Assembly (NCBI RefSeq): GCF_964204865.1
Contig: NC_135254.1
Location: forward strand, 18,228,001 to 18,292,000
DNA from: Styela clava
Taxonomy: Eukaryota
Direction: 5' to 3'
DNA: 64,000 nucleotides
Shown here piece after piece: positions 24,701 to 37,207 of this stretch. The notes beneath the pieces are model-generated. The model searched no databases, was not told where the DNA came from, and was given only the letters and a program-made list of their open reading frames with translations. The translations under genes were made by a program, and so were the position numbers. The stretch's first letter is position 1. Each line of letters opens with the position of its first letter.

Positions 24701-27700
24701 GGACTTAGAATTGCTAGCAATTCCAATAAAGCAAATTCCAAGTAGTCGGAAAAGCGGCTGGCTGCAAATCTCTCAATGAATTCATTTAAAGTCGGTGTGA
24801 CAATAAATTTGAATAGCAGTTTCATTAAGTCATTTATGCGTCTTTTAACTCATCATTTCTGCACGGACCGCTGATATTGCCATAAAATCAATATCAAAAA
24901 GACTATTTTTGTACATGCAACTACTAGAAAGCCTATACTAAATGAAGGTACGGCCCGCGGTTTCATCCAACTATTTGTATCCGGCCCTCATGTAAAGCTT
25001 GCACACCCTTGATATAAACGATGTATTTCAGAGTTGGAGTAAGAATTACGAGGAAAGAATTATTAAACGTCTATCTTGCGCGTTTAATATTGCTTGGTAA
25101 CATGACACACAATTTCTGTAAAATTTAACCACAATTTTCAAAATAGGCATGGTGTAACAATCGTTTCTTTCTGAGCAATATATGATATTTAATATTGTTA
25201 ATGATACAATTTATATGCAAAATGATTGCAACCTAAATTTATAAACGTTCCATGTTTATATTTTTATATTGTGAATAAGCAATAGGATTTACAACTAATA
25301 TAAATCTACGATAAGTCAAACGAACTGCCACAAGTGCACCGATTCAAAATATTTACAATTTGTAGCAGATAAAAATTATGTGTTGCAATTCTGCACACAA
25401 TTGATGTATCAAAATGTCTTTTATATTAGATAGACATACTGCATTTATTATATTACCGCACATGCAAAGAAGTTAAAAAGATCTAACATGCTATACAATA
25501 TGTAACAAGTATGTTATAATACCTTTTTATTGCTTTGACGTATTCCGAATTTTCGTCGATTTGAGCTTGAATAGTTTTCCCCATTGCTGTTTCACATATC
25601 ACATCAAGCGTACACAATGTAAGTAAATTCCACACATCGAAAGATTTATTGATGTCGGCATACGGTTCCAGTTTCTTAGCTAGAATACTTGCTTGCTCGT
25701 TCATCACAACCAGAAAATCATTCAGAATGCTGTGTTATGAAATAGTTTTCATTATTTCAGCCAAAGCACTTTTTTTGTTTACTTTCAGGTTTCAAGATGT
25801 ATTGTATATGGACCATATGCTGTAGACAGGGGCGTGCCAAACTTTTCTGCTGCCCGGGGCGAGTTTCTGATTATGACGCTTCTTATCCATAACTTAAAAA
25901 TCAAGTCGGTGGTCAAACATGTTATATATGTTGTTATACATGAGAAAAATAAATTAAAGGTCAAGGAAGAGAAAAACGTTTGTTTTATTGAATAAATCAT
26001 CAAACTAAGCAACAAACTCGCACGTATAAAATCGAACTCATTCATTGACAAAATGGAAGTCACTTATTTCTATGTCCAGATGCTACTTTGCTGTCAACAA
26101 ATGTCTGAACGGCAGTTTCCTCCACCTGGCTCGTCAGGAATTTTTTTCGATGCTATTCAGAGATGAACTTGAAAGGCGCTAATTCGACATTAACTTTGAG
26201 AAAGATCGTTTGCAACTAGCAACTGATTATATTTAATTTTGAGTAATAAACAATATGCAATGTAAAAAGTTGGAAAAAAGGAGACGGTTTGGCATCCAGA
26301 TTTTCTGCCATAGTTGTAAACATTACCTCATTTTCGCTTTTTTGCATGCTATTTGTTAGTTTTTGTTAATGTTTCGGAAATTATTAACTAGTTTAGGGCG
26401 TAAACTCGCGAAACCACCTTTACAATGAGCACCAAAAATGTTGCAATTGTAAAATATAGGAAGAATTTTTTGGGGGTCAACGGTCGGGAAAACATACATT
26501 GTTGACTCATCTTTACCACAGTAAGTCACACAATATTAAACACATAATGTCAGCTTTCAATTAAATAAAAACACATTGAGAAAAACATGTGTAATAACGC
26601 AAACTTCAAAGCTTGGTTCTGCTGCCCCCTACAACGTGCTGTCCAGGGCAGTTGTACCTTTCGCCTACATCCTGGCATGCCACAGGCTGTAAATCAGTAC
26701 TCGAATAAAAACATTACACTATACATAGGATATTAGTAGCCTACTATCCATATCCATGAAGTATATCAGTTTGCTCAATTTACAATTTTCAGATAAAAGC
26801 AAATTTATGTCAAATAAAACCTTTCATGTTACCGCCTCGCGCCATTTTGTTAAGTACAGTATTCTATAGACGCTGAATCAGAAACAGAGATACTGTAGTA
26901 CACAAATGCCAAGTTCTGAATAACCGAATTGCCGTGACAGTAAACGACCAATCGAAGAGATTGTATCATATCAGATTTGAGAAAAAAATATTTTAGTATA
27001 AAGTTCCTTAAAACTCTGTACTATTTACTGGAGTTGAATATGGTATTTCGTGTTGACGTTAACAAATAAAATTCATTTGTATTTATGTATGAGTATTCAT
27101 ATGTTTATATTTTTAAATTATAGTAATCTGACACTTGATGGTAATTTCCTACGTTTCTACAAAGACTAGCGCATGTTCTTCCATTCCGTCCGGTACATCG
27201 ATTTTTGTATTTGAAGGCAATTATTCTGTCTGTACCCACGCCTCTTGCTAATTTTGCAGTGCTATTTACTATATCTCCTGCGGCCAATACCTATATCTTT
27301 CCATTAGTAGAACGAGCAGGCAGGCGATAGGCTAATAAATTTGCTTTATGTAGGACGGAATGTGTTGACGAACCTATCCCTCGCCACTGCAGTCCAGTTC
27401 ACAGTAATTTCATTCGTAATGACAGGAAAAGCGCATCATTTTCAAGAAGCCAATGATTGTTTGAGTTGTAGGAATCACCCATGAAGGTTCGTGGTGGTTG
27501 CATTCACATACATAGGCGAGAAAACTTTTTCAGGTATGACGATTAGCACAAGCACAAACAGATGTCTTCTAGGGATTAAAATTTACGAGTTGTCTTAAGA
27601 ATCTGCACACGCTGCTTTGAGTCTAATTTAAACACGCTATCGGACGCATGCAGTAGACTGGCCACATCAGTCCCATTAACCATTGTGCCACTTAATACAC

Positions 27701-30700
27701 TATCTGTTTGTTGTAATTTAATTAGCTGTTATTTGTGAACAAACAGTTTTTTATTCATGACTTCATTTTAAATTTGAGGCCTCTGGTTAAGTACCCAAGT
27801 CTATTATCTGTAACTGGCCCACTCAGGAAAGTAATTCTCCACCACTGCAATAAATTGATCTTTTTTGGCAAAATGGCGTAGGGCCCAAAACGCGATAGTC
27901 TTATTTAATACGCTGCTGAAGGTGCGTATTCTCTGGCTCAACATATTTGTGTAAACTTTTTTTTTTCTAAAACGTGCGTCATGAAATCTTCTTATTGAGG
28001 GTTCTGACAGAAGATTACTTGTAAAATAAACTTCGAATTGCTAGCACTTCCATTGAAGCAAATTTATGAGAAAAGTAGTCGGAAAAGAGGTTGGTTGCAA
28101 ATTTCTCACTAAATTCATTCGATGTGACAATAAATTTAAATAGCAGTTTTCTTAAAGCATTTATGCGTCATAATTCATTTTGTCCTGTACGTCGATATTC
28201 GTACTTGAAGCCGATTATTCTGTCTGTACTCACATCACTTGCTAATTTTCCAATGGTATTTACTATATCTCCTGCCGCCAATACCTATATCTTTACAATA
28301 GTAAAACGAGCAGGCAGACGATTCATTAATAAATTTGCTTCATTTAAAACGCAATGTCTTGACAAACCTATCCCTCGCCACTTCAAAGTCCAGTTCACAG
28401 TAATTTCATTCGTAATGACAGGAAAGACGCATCATCTTCAAGAATCGCTCAAAAATAATCGTGGTTTTTGAATTCACACACAGAGGCGAGCAAACTTTCT
28501 CAAGTATGGAGTTGACAAAGGCAAAAATTTATGTCGTCTACGGATTTAAACATACAAGCTAGCTGCCTTAAGAATCAGCACAAGCTGCTTCGAGCCTAAT
28601 TTAAACACGCTTTCGGACGCATGCAGTAGGCTAGCGACATCAGTCCCATTAATCATTGTGCCACTTACACTAGCTGTTTGTTGTACTTTAATTAACTGTT
28701 ATTTATGAATAATTTGTTCATTTATAACTTCGTTTTAAGTATTAGGCTGAGTACCAAAGTCTATTATCTGTAACAGGCCCACTCAAGAAAGTAATTCTCC
28801 ACCACTGCTATAAATTGATCTTTTTTGGCAAAATGGCGTAGGGCCCAAAACGCGATAGTCATATTTAGTACGCTGCTGAGGGTGCGTTTTATTTTCTTGG
28901 CTATCACATATGTTGAACAAAAAAGTAAATCATATGATTTATATTGCTCTCATGTTAAGTATGAGAAACAGAATTTCAAATAAACGTAATAAATTATGCA
29001 GCTGTCGCATCAAATGACAATATTCACCTCAAATTAGTTGTCATACAGTGTGTCCAGAAAGTCTGTTCACAATTTCAATTTTGTTATGAAGTCAGTTCTC
29101 ATTATATCTTAACCAGATTTATATTCAGTGATAATTTAAGTATTTTTCTCCATTTATTACGTATGTGAGGGCCAAAACAATATATGGAATCGATGAGTAA
29201 CATTTCATACATTTTAGGACTCAAGGACACCCTATATATTGAAGTATGAAAAAGACTGCGCCTCGCCAAGTTCGCGGGTTAAACAGATTATATATGTCGT
29301 TATACATGTCGAATAAAACCTTTCATGTTACCGCCTCGCGCCATTTTTGTAAAGTACAGTATTCGATAGATGCTGAATCAGAAAACTGTAATACACAATT
29401 GCCAAGTTATGAATAACCGAATCGCCGTGACAGTGAACGACCAATCAAAGCGACTGTATCATTTCATATTTGAAAATAAGTATTTTAGTATAAAGTTCCT
29501 TAAAACTCTGTACTATTTGCTGGAGTGGAATGTGGTATTTCGTATTGACGTTCACAAATACAATTCATTTGTATTTATGTATTAGTATTCATATGTTTAA
29601 ATTATTGAATTGTAGGAATCTGACACTTGGTGGGAATTTTCGACATCTATAGAAAGACTAGCGCATGTTCTTTCATACCGTCCGGTACATCGATTTTTGC
29701 ATTTGAAGCCAATTATTCTGCCTGTACTCACGTCACTTGCTAATGTTATTGCTATTTACTATATCTCCTGCGGCAAATATCTTTATCTTCACATTAATGG
29801 TATAAGCAGGCAGGCCATTGAATAATAAATTTGCTTTATGTAAGACGCAATGTCTTGACAAACCTATCCCTCGATACTTCAAAAGTCAAGTACACAATAA
29901 TTTCATTGGTAAGGACAGGAAAAGCGCATCATTTTCAAGAAGCCAATATTTGATTGAGTTCCATGAATCACTTGAAAATGTTCGTGGTGTTTGCATTCAC
30001 ATACATAGTCAGTAAATCTTTCTCAAGTACGAAGAATGACAAAAGCAAAAACAGATCTCTTTTAAGGATTTAAATCTACAAGCTGTCTTAAAAATCAGCA
30101 CAAGCTGCTTCGAGTCTAATTTAAACACGCTTTCGGACGCATGCAGTAGGCTACATCGGTCCCATTAACCATTGTGCCACTTAATACACTAGCTGTTTGT
30201 TGTACATTAATTAGCTGTTGTTTATGAATAATTCATTCATAACTTCATTTTAAATATTAGGCTGTGTACCCAAGTCTATTATCTGTAACTGGGCCGCTCA
30301 AGAAAGTAATTCTCCACCACTGCTATAAATTGATCTTTTTTGGCAAAATGGCGTAGGGACCAAAACTCGATAGTCCTTTTTAGTACGCTGCTGAGGGTGC
30401 GTATTCTTTGGCTCAACATATTTGTATTAACTTTTTTTTCTTAAACGTGCGTCATGAAATCTCCTTATTGAGGGTTCTGACAGAAGATTACTTGGAAAAC
30501 AGACTTCGAATTGCTAGCACTTCCGTTGAAGCAAATTTATGGAAAAAGTAGTCGGAAAAGAGGTTGGTTGCAAATTTCTCACTAAATTCATTCGATGTGA
30601 CAATAAATTTGAATAGCAGTTTTCTTAAGGCATTTATGCGTCATAACTCATTTCGTCATGTACGTCGATATTTGTACTTAAAGCTAATTATTCTGTCTGT

Positions 30701-33700
30701 ACTCACATCACTTGCTAATTTTCCAATGGTATTTACTATATTTCCTGCGGCCAATAACTATATCTTTACATTAGTAAAACGAGCAGGCAGGCGATTCACT
30801 AATAAAATTGCTTTATTTAAAACGCATTGTCTTGACAAACCTATCCCTCGCCACTTCAAAGTCCAGTTCACAGTAATGTCATTCGTAATGACAGGAAAAA
30901 CGCATCATCTTCAAGAATCGCTCAAAAATATTCGTGGTGTTTGAATTCACACACAGAGGCGAGCGAACTTTCTCAAGTATGGAGATTGACAAAGGCAAAA
31001 ACCTATGTCGTCTACGAATTTAAACATATAAGTTAGCTGCCTTAAGAATCAGCACAAGCTGCTTCGAGCCTAATTTAAACACGCTTTCGGACGCATGCAG
31101 TAGGCTAGCGACATCAGTCCCATTTATCATTGTGCCACTTAATACACTAGCTGTTTGTCGTACTTTAATTAGCTGTTATTTGTGAATAAACAGTTTTTTA
31201 TCCATAACTTCATTATATATTTGAGGCCTCTGGTTGAGTACCCAAGTCTATTATCTGTAACTGGCCCACTCAGGAATGTAATTCTCCTCCACTGCAATAA
31301 ATTGATTTTTTTTTTTGACAAAATGGCGTAGGGCCCAAAACGCGATAGTCTTATTTAGTACGCTGCTGAGGGTGCGTAAAATTTGCTTGGATATCACATA
31401 TATTGAATAAGAAAGTAAATGATCTGATTTACATTGCTCTCGTGTAAAGAATTGTAAAGTATGAGAAACAGAATTGCAAATAAACGTAATAAATTATGCC
31501 GCAGTAACATCAAATGACAATATCCGTATCAAATGAGTTGTCATACAGTGTGTCCAAAAAGTCTGTTCACAATTTCAATTTTGTTATGAAGTCAGTTCTC
31601 ATTATATCTTAACCATATTATTTGATTTTTCATCAGTGATAATTTAAGTATTTTTCTTCATTTAATACGTATGTGAGAGGCAAAACAATATATGGTATCG
31701 ATAAGTAAAATTTCAAACATTTCAGGACTCAATGACACCCGTATATATTGAATTATGAAAAAGCCTGCGCCTCGCCAAGTTCGGGGGTGAAACAGATTAT
31801 ATATGTCGTTATACATTTCGAATAAAACTTTCATGTTACCGCCTCGCGCCATTTTGTAAAGTACAGTATTCGATAGATGCTGAATCAGAAACAGAGATAC
31901 TGTAGTACACAATTGCCAAGTTATGAATAACCGAATCGCCGTGACAGTGAACGACCAATCAAAGCGACTGTATCATCTCATATTTGAAAAAAAGTATTTT
32001 AGTATATATAAAGTTCCTTAAAACTCTGTACTATTTGCTGGAGTGGAATGTGGTATTTCGTATTGACGTTCACAAATACAATTCATTTGTTTTTATGTAT
32101 GTGTATTCATATGTTTAAATTATAGGAATCTGACACTTGGTGGTAATTTCTGGCGTTTCTACAAAGACTAGCGCATGTTCTTTCAATATTTGATTGAGTT
32201 CCATGAATCACTTGAAAATGTTCGTGGTGTTTGCATTCACATACATAGTCAGTAAATCTTTCTCAAGTACGAAGAATGACAAAAGCAAAAACAGATCTCT
32301 TTTAAGGATTTAAATCTACAAGCTGTCTTAAAAATCAGCACAAGCTGCTTCGAGTTTAATTTAAACACGCTTTCGGACGCATGCAGTAGGCTACATCGGT
32401 CCCACTAACCATTGTGCCACTTAATACACTAGCTGTTTGTTGTACTTTAATTAGCTGTTGTTTATGAATAATTCATTCATAACTTCATTTTAAATATTAG
32501 GCTGTGTACCCAAGTCTATTACCTGTAACTGGGCCGCTCAAGAAAGTAATTCTCCACCACTGCTATAAATTGATCTTTTTTGGCAAAATGGCGTAGGGAC
32601 CAAAACTCGATAGTCCTTTTTAGTACGCTGCTGAGGGTGCGTATTCTTTGGCTCAACATATTTGTATGAACTTTTTTTTTCTTAAACGGGCGTCATGAAA
32701 TCTCCTTATTGAGGGTTCTGACAGAAGATTACTTGGAAAACAGACTTCGAATTGCTAGCACTTCAATTGAAGCAAATTTATGGAAAAAGTAGTCGGAAAA
32801 GAGGTTGGTTGCAAATTTCTCACTAAATTCATTCGATGTGACAATAAATGTGAATAGCAGTTTTCTCAAGGCATTTATGCGTCATAACTCATTTCGTCAT
32901 GTACGTCGATATTTGTACTTAAAGCCAATTATTCTGTCTGTACTCACATCACTTGCTAATTTTCCAATGGTATTTACTATATTTCCTGCGGCCAATAACT
33001 ATATCTTTACATTAGTTAAACGAGCAGGCAGGCGATTCACAAATAAAATTGCTTTATTTAAAACGCATTGTCTTGACAAACCTATCCCTCGCCACTTCAA
33101 AGTAAAGTTCACAGTAATTTCATTCGTATTGACAGGAAAAACGCATCATCTTCAAGAATCGCTCAAAAATAATCGTGGTGTTTGCATTCACACACAGAGG
33201 CGAGCAAACTTTCTCAAGCATGGAGATTGACAAAGGCAAAAACCTATGTCGTCCACGAATTTAAACATACAAGTTAGCTGCCTTAAGAATCAGCACAAGC
33301 TGCTTCGAGCCTAATTTAAACACGCTTTCGGACGCATGCAGTAGGCTAGCAACATCAGTCCCATTAATCATTGTGCCACTTAATAAACTAGCTGTTTGTC
33401 GTACTTTAATTAGCTGTTATTTGTGAATAAACAGTTTTTATCCATAACTTCATTATAAATTTGAAGCCTCAGGTTGAGTACCCAAGTCTATTATCTGTAA
33501 CTGGCCCACTCAGGAAAGTAATTCTCCACCACTGAAATTGATATTTTTTGACAAAATGGCGTAGGGCCCAAAACGCGATAGTCTTATTTAGTACGCTGCT
33601 GAGGGTGCGTAAAATTTGCTTGGCTATCACATATATTGAATAACAAAGTAAATGATCTGATTTACATTGCTCTCGTGTAAAGAATTGTAAAGTATGAGGA

Positions 33701-36700
33701 ACAGAATTGCAAATAAACGTAATAAATTATGCCGCAGTAACATCAAATGACAATATCCGTATCAAATGAGTTGTCATACAGTGTGTCCAAAAAGTCTGTT
33801 CACAATTTCAATTTTGTTATGAAGTCAGTTCTCATTATATCTTAACCATATTTTTTGATTTTTAATCAGTGATAATTTAAGTATTTTTCTTCATTTAATA
33901 CGTATGTGAGGGCCAAAACAATATATGGTATCGATAAGTTAAATTTCAAACATTTCAGGACTCAAGGACACCCGTATATATTGAAATATGAAAAAGACTG
34001 CGCCTCGCCAAGTTCGGGGGTTGAACAGATTATATATGTCGTTATACATTTCGAATAAAACTTTCATGTTACCGCCTCGCGCCATTTTGTAAAGTACAGT
34101 ATTCGATAGATGCTGAATCAGAAACAGAGCTACTGTACTACACAATTGCCAAGTTATGAATAACCGAATCGCCGTGACAGTGAACGACCAATCAAAGCGA
34201 CTGTATCATTTCATATTTGAAAAAAAGTATTTTAGTATATATAAAGTTCCTTAAAACTCTGTACTATTTGCTGGAGTGGAATGTGGTATTTCGTATTGAC
34301 GTTCACAAATACAATTCATTTTTTTTTATGTATGAGTATTCATATGTTCAAATTATAGGAATCTGACACTTGGTGGTAATTTCCGACGTTTTTACAAAGA
34401 CTAGAGCATGTTCTTTCATTCCGTCCGGTACATCGATTTTTTTATTTGAAGCCAATTATTCTGTCTGCACCCACGTCACTTGCTAATTTTTCAATGCTAT
34501 TTACTATGTCTCCTGCGGAAAATATCTTTATCTTCACATTAGTAGAATGAGCAGGCAGGCGATAGTCTAATAAATTTTCTTTATGTAAGACGCAATGTCT
34601 TGACAAACCTATTCTTCGCCACATCAAAAATCCAGTTCACAGTAATTTCATTCGCAATGACAAGAAAGGGGCATCATTTTCAAGAAGCCAATGATTGGTT
34701 GAGTTGTATGAATCACCCAAAATGTTCGTGGTGTTTGCATTCACATACATAGGCGAGAAAACTTTCTCAAGTATGAAGATTAGCACAAGCAAAAACAGAT
34801 GTCTTCTAAGGATTTAAATTTACAAATTGTCTTAAGAATCAGCACAATCTGCTTCGAGCCTAATTTAAACACGCTTTCGGACGCATGCAGTAGGCTACAT
34901 CAGTCCCATTATCCATTGTGCCACTAAATACACTGACTGTTTTTTATCCATAACTTCATTTTAAATTTGAGGCCTCTGGTTAAGTACCCGAGTCTATTAT
35001 CTGTAACTGGCCCACTCAGGAAAGTAATTCTCCACCACTGCAATGAATTGATTATTTTTGGCAAAATGGCGTAAGGCCCAAAATGCGATAGTCTTATTTA
35101 GTACGCTGCTAAGGGTGCGTATTCTTTGGCTTACATATTTGTATAAACTTTTTTTTTCTAAAACGGGCATCATGAAATCTCCTTATTTAGGGTTCTGACA
35201 GAAGATTACTTGGGAAATGGACTTAAAATTGCTAGCACTTCCATTGAAGCAAATTTATGGAAAAAGTTGTCGAAAAAGAGGTTGGCTGCAAATTTCTCAC
35301 TGAATTCATTCGGTGTGACAATTAATTTGAATAGCAGTTTTCTTAAGGCATTATTCGTCTTAACTCATTTTGTCCTGTACGTCAATATTTGTACTTGAAG
35401 CCAATTGTTCTGTCTGTACTCACGTCACTTGCTAATTTTCCAATGTTATTTACTATATTTCCTGCGGCCAATACCTATATCTTTACATTAGTAAAACGAG
35501 CAGGCAGGAAATTCACTAATAAATTTGCTTTATGTAAAACGCAATGTCTTGACAAACCTATCCCTCGCTACTTCAAAAGTCCAGTTCACAATAATTTCTT
35601 TCGTAATGACAGGAAAGACGCATCATTTTCAAGAATCGCTTGAAAAATAATCGTGGTGTTTGCATTCACACACAGAGGCGAGCAAACTTTCCCAAGTATG
35701 GAGACTGACAAAGGCAAAAACCCATGTCGTCTAAGAATTTAAACACACAAGCTACCTGCCTTAAAAAATCAGCACAAGCTGCTTTAAGCCTAATTTAAAC
35801 ACGCTTTCGGACGCATGCAGTAGGCTAGCGACATCAGTCCCATTAATCATTGTGCCACTTAATACACTAGCTGTTTGTCGTATTTCAATTAGCTGTTATT
35901 TATGAATAATTTATTTATCCATAATTTCATTTTGAATAGTTGAGTACCCAAGTCTATTTTCTGTAACTGGCCCACTCAAGAAAGTAATTCTTCACAACTG
36001 CTATAAATTGATCTTTTTTGGCAAAATGGCGTAGGGCCCAAAACGCGATAGTCTTATTTAGTACCTTGCTGAGGGTGCGTATTATTTGCTTGGCTATCAC
36101 ATATGTTGAATAAGAAAGTAAATGATCTGATTTACATCGCTTTCATGTAAAGAATTGTAAAGTATGAGAAACAGAATTGCAAATAAAAGTAATAAATTAT
36201 GCAGCTGTATCATCAATTGACAATATCCGTCTCAAATGAGTAGTCATACAGTGTGTCCAGAAAGTCCGTTCACAATTTCAATTTTGTTATGAAGTCAGTT
36301 ATCAATATATCTTAACCAGATTTTTTGTTTTTTATTCAGCGAGTTCAAGTATTCTTACTTCATTCAATATGTATGTGAGGGCCGAAACAATATATGGTAT
36401 CGATAAGTAAAATTTCAAACATTTTAAGACTCAAGAACACCCTATATAACGGAGTATGAAAAAGACTCGCCTCGCCAAGGAATTTACATTGAATTCCTTC
36501 TACTATGCATTGTGATCAAATTTTGGACTTAAAAAAGCTCTCGAAACTACCATAAATCATGGAATATGTAACGTCATCTAACTCAGAATAAACAATTTCA
36601 TAGTAAAATTCATTCACTTTTTTTCAATATCAAGCTAATGGGGTTTGGGCTGTTCAGAAAATTGGCACTTCAAAATTGAATTTGTTCTATTTAGAACTAT

Positions 36701-37207
36701 ATGAAATGCAATGGGTGATTGAATATTTATGCTAAATTTTTTCCAAATGCATATTATTTAATGATTGTACCTGAAATGAAATGTTGAAGTCAAAAGCCTT
36801 CTTCTTGATTTCCACTTTTCTCCAGATGACGTTAGAAGACCAGTTGCAAGCCAAGGTTGAAGAAATTTATATACCATAGACTTCTTAGTATGTTGTGAAC
36901 TATGGAGTAATGTTTCTGCGCTGTTAGGGCCAAATATATAAACTACTGGAACCGATCCCAAGCTGATAACTCCTATTTCATCACCCGAGGTTAAAGATCT
37001 TTCTCGCATGCCGTTCATATTTCTTTTGTATATTTCTTCTGATCTTCCAGTTAACACTAATGCCTGACCCAAGATTGGCCAGGTTTTGCCCTCAGGGCCC
37101 GAAATATTTTTAAAATGACTCCATTTTTTGCGATGTTTCTTTGTCAGAATTATTGACCAGCAAACACAAGCAAATGCAAGAGCTAATGTAATAATGCTCA
37201 TTTCCAT
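21476..37207 (-). CDS. CYP4V2: Cytochrome P450 clan 4 (CYP4V2-like), 6 coding exons: join(complement 36771..37207, 25523..25729, 23474..23757, 22982..23216, 22054..22146, 21476..21734), 504 aa
   Basis: Manual splicing gives a continuous 1515-nt frame with compatible intron phases. Motifs: N-terminal TM anchor, [29 protein letters not shown]-helix [14 protein letters not shown] (CYP4 signature), K-helix ECMR, DPERF, heme motif [14 protein letters not shown]. The subfamily label is by resemblance only. Confidence 0.93.
22054..22146 (-). CDS. CYP4V-like exon 5 ([31 protein letters not shown]), not in the ORF track in this frame
   Basis: 93-nt phase2-phase2 exon with acceptor tttaag|A and donor AG|GTAAAG. 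It supplies the expected DG..P.GT / ..P..WPD segment before PERF. Confidence 0.88.
22982..23216 (-). CDS. CYP4V-like exon 4 ([11 protein letters not shown]...[11 protein letters not shown]...KEC)
   Basis: Acceptor ttacag|GT completes FEGHDTT; donor GT|GTAAGC. Confidence 0.92.
23474..23757 (-). CDS. CYP4V-like exon 3 (SAAGLITKR...RLAFLDMLL...EEVDTFMFE)
   Basis: Acceptor tttttag|T; ends at the non-canonical donor G|GCAAGC. Confidence 0.9.
23664..24629. repeat. Tandem duplication (23664-24144 and 24149-24629, 485-bp period) spanning the CYP4 intron-2/exon-3 junction
   Basis: The two copies appear identical by eye, with a 4-nt filler TAAT at the junction. Confidence 0.93.
25523..25729 (-). CDS. 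CYP4V-like exon 2 ([13 protein letters not shown]...[13 protein letters not shown]...EYVKAIK)
   Basis: Acceptor acacag|C and donor AG|GTATTA; in frame with exons 1 and 3. Confidence 0.92.
25827..26685. mobile_element. Non-autonomous hAT element in CYP4 intron 1 with a transposase C-terminal remnant
   Basis: CAGGGGCGTGCC ... GGCATGCCACAG ends; 8-bp TSD GCTGTAGA/GCTGTAAA (7/8); minus-strand [11 protein letters not shown] near 26190-26225 (hAT dimerisation motif S.ERSFS). Confidence 0.78.
26810..36478. repeat. Higher-order tandem array in CYP4 intron 1: four ~2.5-kb units, each made of two diverged sub-units
   Basis: Marker TTACCGCCTCGCGCC at ~26829, 29328, 31836, 34069. Marker CGGACGCATGCAGTAG occurs eight times (~27641, 28614, 30135, 31088, 32374, 33329, 34878, 35808). 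Confidence 0.93.
29046..29234. mobile_element. Tc1/mariner-like MITE remnant, amplified once per array unit (also ~31546, 33779, 36249; partial at ~22246)
   Basis: TA|CAGTGTGTCC ... GGACACCCTA|TA imperfect TIRs. Confidence 0.45.
36771..37207 (-). CDS. CYP4V-like exon 1 ([12 protein letters not shown]...TSTFHF)
   Basis: Within ORF 36758..37306. ATG at 37207 precedes the hydrophobic anchor; donor AG|GTACAA at 36771/36770. Confidence 0.9.

Noticed and set aside
28091-33230. Plus-strand 126-141 aa ORFs ([12 protein letters not shown]...) in the intronic array as genes
   Set aside because: Non-ATG starts, no domain, and they read as antisense shadows of the decayed minus-strand frame.
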